Shown here in pieces: positions 28,264 to 32,000 of a stretch of 32,000 nt of DNA. The notes beneath the pieces were generated by a model, which saw nothing but the letters and a program-made list of their open reading frames with translations, was not told the origin of the DNA and ran no database searches. The DNA is from Propionibacterium freudenreichii subsp. freudenreichii. Its GTDB lineage: Bacteria > Actinomycetota > Actinomycetes > Propionibacteriales > Propionibacteriaceae. The position numbers and the translations under genes are program-made. The stretch is taken from assembly GCF_000940845.1 (NCBI RefSeq), contig NZ_CP010341.1, positions 1,770,001 to 1,802,000 of the forward strand, written 5' to 3'. Position 1 is the first letter of the stretch; each line of letters starts with the position of its first letter.

Positions 28264-29229
28264 ATGGATGAGCCCCTGGACACCACAACCCTGCGCGAGG
28301 TGCTGGCCGACCTGCCCTTTCTGGTGGCGGTGGCAGATGAGGGCGGCATCACCGCCGCTGCGGAGGTGATGGGAGTGCCGCAGCCCAGCGTGAGCCGCGC
28401 CATGGCCAGGCTGTCCGACCGCATCGGTGCCCCGTTGCTGCGTCGCGACCGACGGGGCGTGGCCCTCACCGATGCCGGCACGACACTGCTCGACTACGCA
28501 CGCAGCACCCGGACGGCGGCGCTGGCCGGGGTCACTGCCGTGCATCGCGAGCTCGAGCGCGCCGGGGCGAGCGTCACGATCGCCTTCCAGCACACCTTCG
28601 GACGCCGCGTGGTGCCGGCGCTGCTGCGGGCCCTGCTTGCCGACCGGCCGGACGCCCACGTTGACCTGCGCCAGGGCGCCCGGGAGAGCTGCATTGACCT
28701 GTTCGAGAAAGGTGTTGCCGACGCCATCCTCGTCTCACCGCCGCTGCCGCCCACCAAGCATGCCCATACCCTGCGCCTGTATGCCGAACCGTTGGTGCTG
28801 ACGGTGGCTCCCGAGCACCGTCTCGCCGGGCGCGATCGCGTCCAGCTCTCGGAGCTGGCGGACGAGAGGTTGTTGGCCATGACTCCGGGCTATGGACTGC
28901 GCACGATCGTCGACGAGCTCCTGCGCGACGCCGGGATCAGCCGCACCTTCGCCTTCGAGGGTGAGGACATCCAGACGTTGCGCGGCCTGGCCTCGGCGGG
29001 CCTGGGCGTGGCCATCCTGCCGCCCGCCATCCAGCCCTCGGACGATGTGGTGGAGGTTCCGATCGACCATCCTGCGGCGCGTCGGGAGATCGGCGTTTCC
29101 TGGCATGGCGACGCCGCCCCCGCGGGGTCAGCAGCGGCGGCCCTGCAGGACTTGTTGGCGCGCGACCATCGCTGGGTCGACACACCGGGAGGTCACGGGA
29201 AGATCCCCAGTCCACGCACGAAGGCCTGA
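28264..29229 (+). CDS. LysR-family transcriptional regulator
   Basis: 'FLVAVADEGGITAAAEVMGVPQPSVSRAMARLSDRIGAPLLRRDRRGVALTDAG' is a LysR wHTH, followed by an effector-binding domain. ATG at 28264. Confidence 0.85.
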   Translation: MDEPLDTTTLREVLADLPFLVAVADEGGITAAAEVMGVPQPSVSRAMARLSDRIGAPLLRRDRRGVALTDAGTTLLDYARSTRTAALAGVTAVHRELERAGASVTIAFQHTFGRRVVPALLRALLADRPDAHVDLRQGARESCIDLFEKGVADAILVSPPLPPTKHAHTLRLYAEPLVLTVAPEHRLAGRDRVQLSELADERLLAMTPGYGLRTIVDELLRDAGISRTFAFEGEDIQTLRGLASAGLGVAILPPAIQPSDDVVEVPIDHPAARREIGVSWHGDAAPAGSAAAALQDLLARDHRWVDTPGGHGKIPSPRTKA

Positions 29230-29963
29230 AGGTCGGCCGGGATGCCCGCGGCCGTCATCCTGGCCACCGAGAAGTTGTCGCTTGCGTCGCTGCCATACAT
29301 GAGAACTGGGCGGGGCACGCAGTCGACCGTGTGGAAAATGTGCCACGACCCACTCCCGTAATACCTGTCTGGAAGCTTCAGCATCGTCCAACCGCCCTTG
29401 TCATACATGATTTCCTGATGCGCCGGCCCGCGTTCCGCGATCGGCTGTCGCCCGACGATCTGCCCCAGCTCAGCTCCGCTGTAGACCCGGCAGGCGGGTG
29501 TTGGCGTTGATACCGGGGCTGACGGGGCGGCTTCCGGGTGGCTCGTGACCTCCTGGGGCGTGGTCGTCAGGGTGGGTCGTGCCAGGGGGTTCAGCGACTG
29601 CTCGAGGGTGAAGGTGGGTCGATCGGGGGCAATCAGTTTGTATCCCCTGCCCACCGACCGCACCACCTCGGCCCGCCATGACTGCTGGGTGACCTGATTA
29701 ACGATGTCGGCCGACGACGATCCTTCCCGGGTGTGGATCACCGCCTCATAGGTGAGCGATGAACCTGCCGGCGGGCCAGCGACGCTGTCGGCCGCCGGCG
29801 TCGCTGTGGCCGCGGCAACCGATTGGTCGGCTGCGGGCACCACGAGGGAGAACCGATAGCTGGCACCGTCAGCCAGCATCGTGTGCTGCCGCAGGAGGTT
29901 GCCGCCGGCAAAGCCGGCCACCGCGATGAGCACGATCAGCAGTCCGGCAAGTAACTTCTTCAT
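29193..29963 (-). CDS. membrane-anchored hypothetical protein, paralog B (shared N-module, Pro/Ala/Ser linker, distinct C-domain)
   Basis: ATG at 29963 is preceded by GGGAGAA. It has the N-terminal anchor 'LLAGLLIVLIAVAGFAG' and an N-module clearly similar to that of 30057-31166. The 3' end overlaps the LysR 3' end by 37 nt. Confidence 0.65.
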   Translation of the reverse strand: MKKLLAGLLIVLIAVAGFAGGNLLRQHTMLADGASYRFSLVVPAADQSVAAATATPAADSVAGPPAGSSLTYEAVIHTREGSSSADIVNQVTQQSWRAEVVRSVGRGYKLIAPDRPTFTLEQSLNPLARPTLTTTPQEVTSHPEAAPSAPVSTPTPACRVYSGAELGQIVGRQPIAERGPAHQEIMYDKGGWTMLKLPDRYYGSGSWHIFHTVDCVPRPVLMYGSDASDNFSVARMTAAGIPADLQAFVRGLGIFP

Positions 29964-30056
29964 GGTTCTCCCGTTTTGTCATGCGCGTCGAACGCTGTCG
30001 CCGGCCCTGTGAGCCGCGCCGCCTGCCTCACCGGGGTCCCCCTCGGTTTGGCCCGG

Positions 30057-31166
30057 TCAAGCCCCGCTGGTGACCCACGCCTTGGTGACGGCCTCGCTGC
30101 GCTTCACTGCGGGCGCTTCGGAGGTGACAGTGCCGACCAGCACGCGCCAGGTCCCCTGACTCGTGTCGATGTGTGGCGACGCGTCCGTTGGGCTCCAGAG
30201 CACGTTGTCACCACTTTGCCGGCACGGCCCGGCCGCGCAGAGAAATATAGGGGAGTAGTTATCAGAACTGATATCAAGCGCGCCGTCCGCCTTCGCCCGG
30301 TACTGAGATCCGTCATCGGTTTCAATCCAGATGGGCTCTGAACCCGAAGCCGATCCACCGGTCGCGACTGCAACATTCTTGTACCGGATAAAGGTCCGGG
30401 GTTGCGCGTCGACACACAGGATGTTCACGCTGCCGGCGCCCGTGGAGGGCTCGAGCCAGCAGGCCTCCGCGCCCGTGACAAGGGCGGGCGAGCAGTCGAA
30501 CGACTCAAGGATTGAGCCACTGGTCGTGCACTCGAGGGCGCTGGCCGCTGACGGGTCACCGCTGCGAACAGTGACTCCCGGATCGAGCTGCCCGTTTGCA
30601 AGGAGTGGGGAAGCCGAGAGGATCTGGGTGCGCGCCACGGACGATGGAGACGGCGCGGCGGTGGGGCCCTGACTCGGCGAAGCGGGGGCGCTCGGGGCCG
30701 ATGTCGCCGGATGTTGCGCCTGCAGGCTCTTGTCCTTGGCGGCGATCTCGTCGGCCGATGTGCTGAGGGACGCCGAACCGAAGGGGTTGGCGCTCTGCTT
30801 GATCGTGAAGCTTGGCATGTCGGGGGCGGTGAGCGTATAGCCGCTACCGGAGCTGCGCGCGATGTGCGCTTGCCAGCCCTGTCCGGTGGTCTGGTTGGTG
30901 ACCTGGGCCACGGTCGACTTGTCCACGTGGGCGATCACGGCCTCGTAGCTGACATCAATGGTCGCTGAGTTGCCGGCGCCGGTCGACGCACTGGGCGACG
31001 AGCCGCCTGCAGGCGTGGCCGAGGCTGAGGCCGCCGGGTTCACGGTTGTGCTGAACCTGTACGACGCACCCTCTGCGAGCATGCGTGCATTGCGAAAGGC
31101 GTTGCCGGCTAGGCCTCCGGCGATGATCAGGAGCAGCGCCAACACGACGATGAGGACTCGTTTCAT
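30057..31166 (-). CDS. membrane-anchored hypothetical protein, paralog A (shared N-module, long Ser/Pro/Ala linker, 6-Cys C-domain)
   Basis: The ATG at 31166 overlaps the upstream stop (ATGA). 'MLAEGASYRFS', 'SYEAVI' and 'GYTLTAPDMPSFTIKQSANP' align with 'MLADGASYRFS', 'TYEAVI' and 'GYKLIAPDRPTFTLEQSLNP' of paralog B. Confidence 0.65.
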   Translation of the reverse strand: MKRVLIVVLALLLIIAGGLAGNAFRNARMLAEGASYRFSTTVNPAASASATPAGGSSPSASTGAGNSATIDVSYEAVIAHVDKSTVAQVTNQTTGQGWQAHIARSSGSGYTLTAPDMPSFTIKQSANPFGSASLSTSADEIAAKDKSLQAQHPATSAPSAPASPSQGPTAAPSPSSVARTQILSASPLLANGQLDPGVTVRSGDPSAASALECTTSGSILESFDCSPALVTGAEACWLEPSTGAGSVNILCVDAQPRTFIRYKNVAVATGGSASGSEPIWIETDDGSQYRAKADGALDISSDNYSPIFLCAAGPCRQSGDNVLWSPTDASPHIDTSQGTWRVLVGTVTSEAPAVKRSEAVTKAWVTSGA

Positions 31167-31492
31167 CACACCCACCCCCACAGGTATCCCGCGAAGAAGC
31201 TGACGGAGAAGAGGAGCACTGCACCCACCACCAGCAGGACGACTGCCCACGGCGTGACGGCCGCGGAACCGGCGGTTGCTTGCGGCGCACTGCCGGGAGC
31301 GGTGACCACGGCGGGCGCCTCCGCCCCATAGCCCTGGGCGGGCTGCCACAGGGGTTGGTTCCCCGGGGGCGTCGGCGAGGTGGGAGGCATGGTCGCCTCC
31401 GATGTCAGCGGGGCCACCGGCGTCCCACATTGCTGGCAGACGGTGGCGCCGGTGGGAAGAGGAGCACCGCAATTTCCGCAATAGAGCTGCAT
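31166..31492 (-). CDS. zinc-ribbon protein with Pro-rich linker and C-terminal TM helix
   Basis: 'MQLYCGNCGAPLPTGATVCQQCG' has two CxxC pairs. A Pro/Thr/Ala-rich linker follows, then the C-terminal 'WAVVLLVVGAVLLFSVSFFAGYLW'. The ATG at 31492 is chosen over the track start at 31546. Confidence 0.6.
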   Translation of the reverse strand: MQLYCGNCGAPLPTGATVCQQCGTPVAPLTSEATMPPTSPTPPGNQPLWQPAQGYGAEAPAVVTAPGSAPQATAGSAAVTPWAVVLLVVGAVLLFSVSFFAGYLWGWV

Positions 31493-32000
31493 GACATGTT
31501 CCCTATCTGGTGCGCCGAGCAGGCAGAAACAGATGCTGGGCAGCAAGGGCAGGAACTCGCCTTGAATCGCTCATCTGCATTCGTCGCGCGGTCAGCGGTC
31601 CGCGCGTTCCTCTCGGGTGGGGGTGAGGAAGATCGAGAGAATAATATCGGAACTCATGGGTTCCTGTGGTCGGGGTCGGGACTCGTCCTTCCCCGTCGGC
31701 CCCACCGAGCCGACGGTACGTCTCCGCGCCATGTGAACGACTCGAGCCAATGGCATGCCCGTCTGCGGCGAACGCGGGGCCCGCAGAGTCTTCTGTCCCG
31801 TCTAGGCGACCAAGTGACGTTTGATTCCGACAACCTCGTCACGCAACGTCTGTAGCTCTGGTCGGTCACCGGTCACTCGAAGGATCTGCCGTCACAGGCC
31901 TTGGACGGACAGCCACACCCAAGCCCCGAGGTCACGCCAACCCGACAGCAACGAGTTCCCTCAGCCGCCAAATGACCCTCCCAGTTGACTCGCATTCCGC

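Overview
This is a high-G+C, actinobacterial-type chromosomal segment, densely coded on both strands. I cannot place it more precisely from sequence alone. I found no rRNA, tRNA, CRISPR array, transposase or integrase. Recognisable content, left to right: the 3' end of an SPFH/band-7 gene with a small RHH-like gene; a CynX-like MFS transporter; an orphan glycine-betaine-type binding lipoprotein; a tandem PTH2-domain protein; a PhnB/VOC-like protein; a DHA2 (14-TMS) MFS exporter; glycerate kinase; cstA-ybdD; a LysR/yeiH divergent pair; a thiamine block (thiE divergent from thiO-thiS-thiG-moeZ); a long structured leader followed by a small TM ORF and a second YeiH-family transporter; a possibly 5'-truncated ACR3/SBF-like gene; glpD, an AGPS-like FAD oxidase and a GlpP-like antiterminator; an XRE regulator; a visibly lower-G+C patch carrying a membrane pentapeptide-repeat protein; a small Cys-peptide ORF coupled to a DsbA/FrnE-like oxidoreductase; a ynfM-like MFS/LysR divergent pair; and a three-gene locus (zinc-ribbon membrane protein plus two paralogous membrane-anchored proteins). 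Most long ORFs in the supplied track are antisense or out-of-frame shadows typical of G+C-rich DNA and were discarded. The most interesting candidates: (1) a terminator-like hairpin in the glpD leader together with a glpP-like gene; (2) a roughly 380-nt structured leader with mutually exclusive pairings and no riboswitch class I can name; (3) a translationally coupled 67-aa Cys peptide upstream of a DsbA-family gene; (4) the low-G+C pentapeptide/XRE patch; (5) the zinc-ribbon/paralog locus. I cannot demonstrate a novel system from sequence alone. All functional calls rest on remembered family motifs, not on searches.
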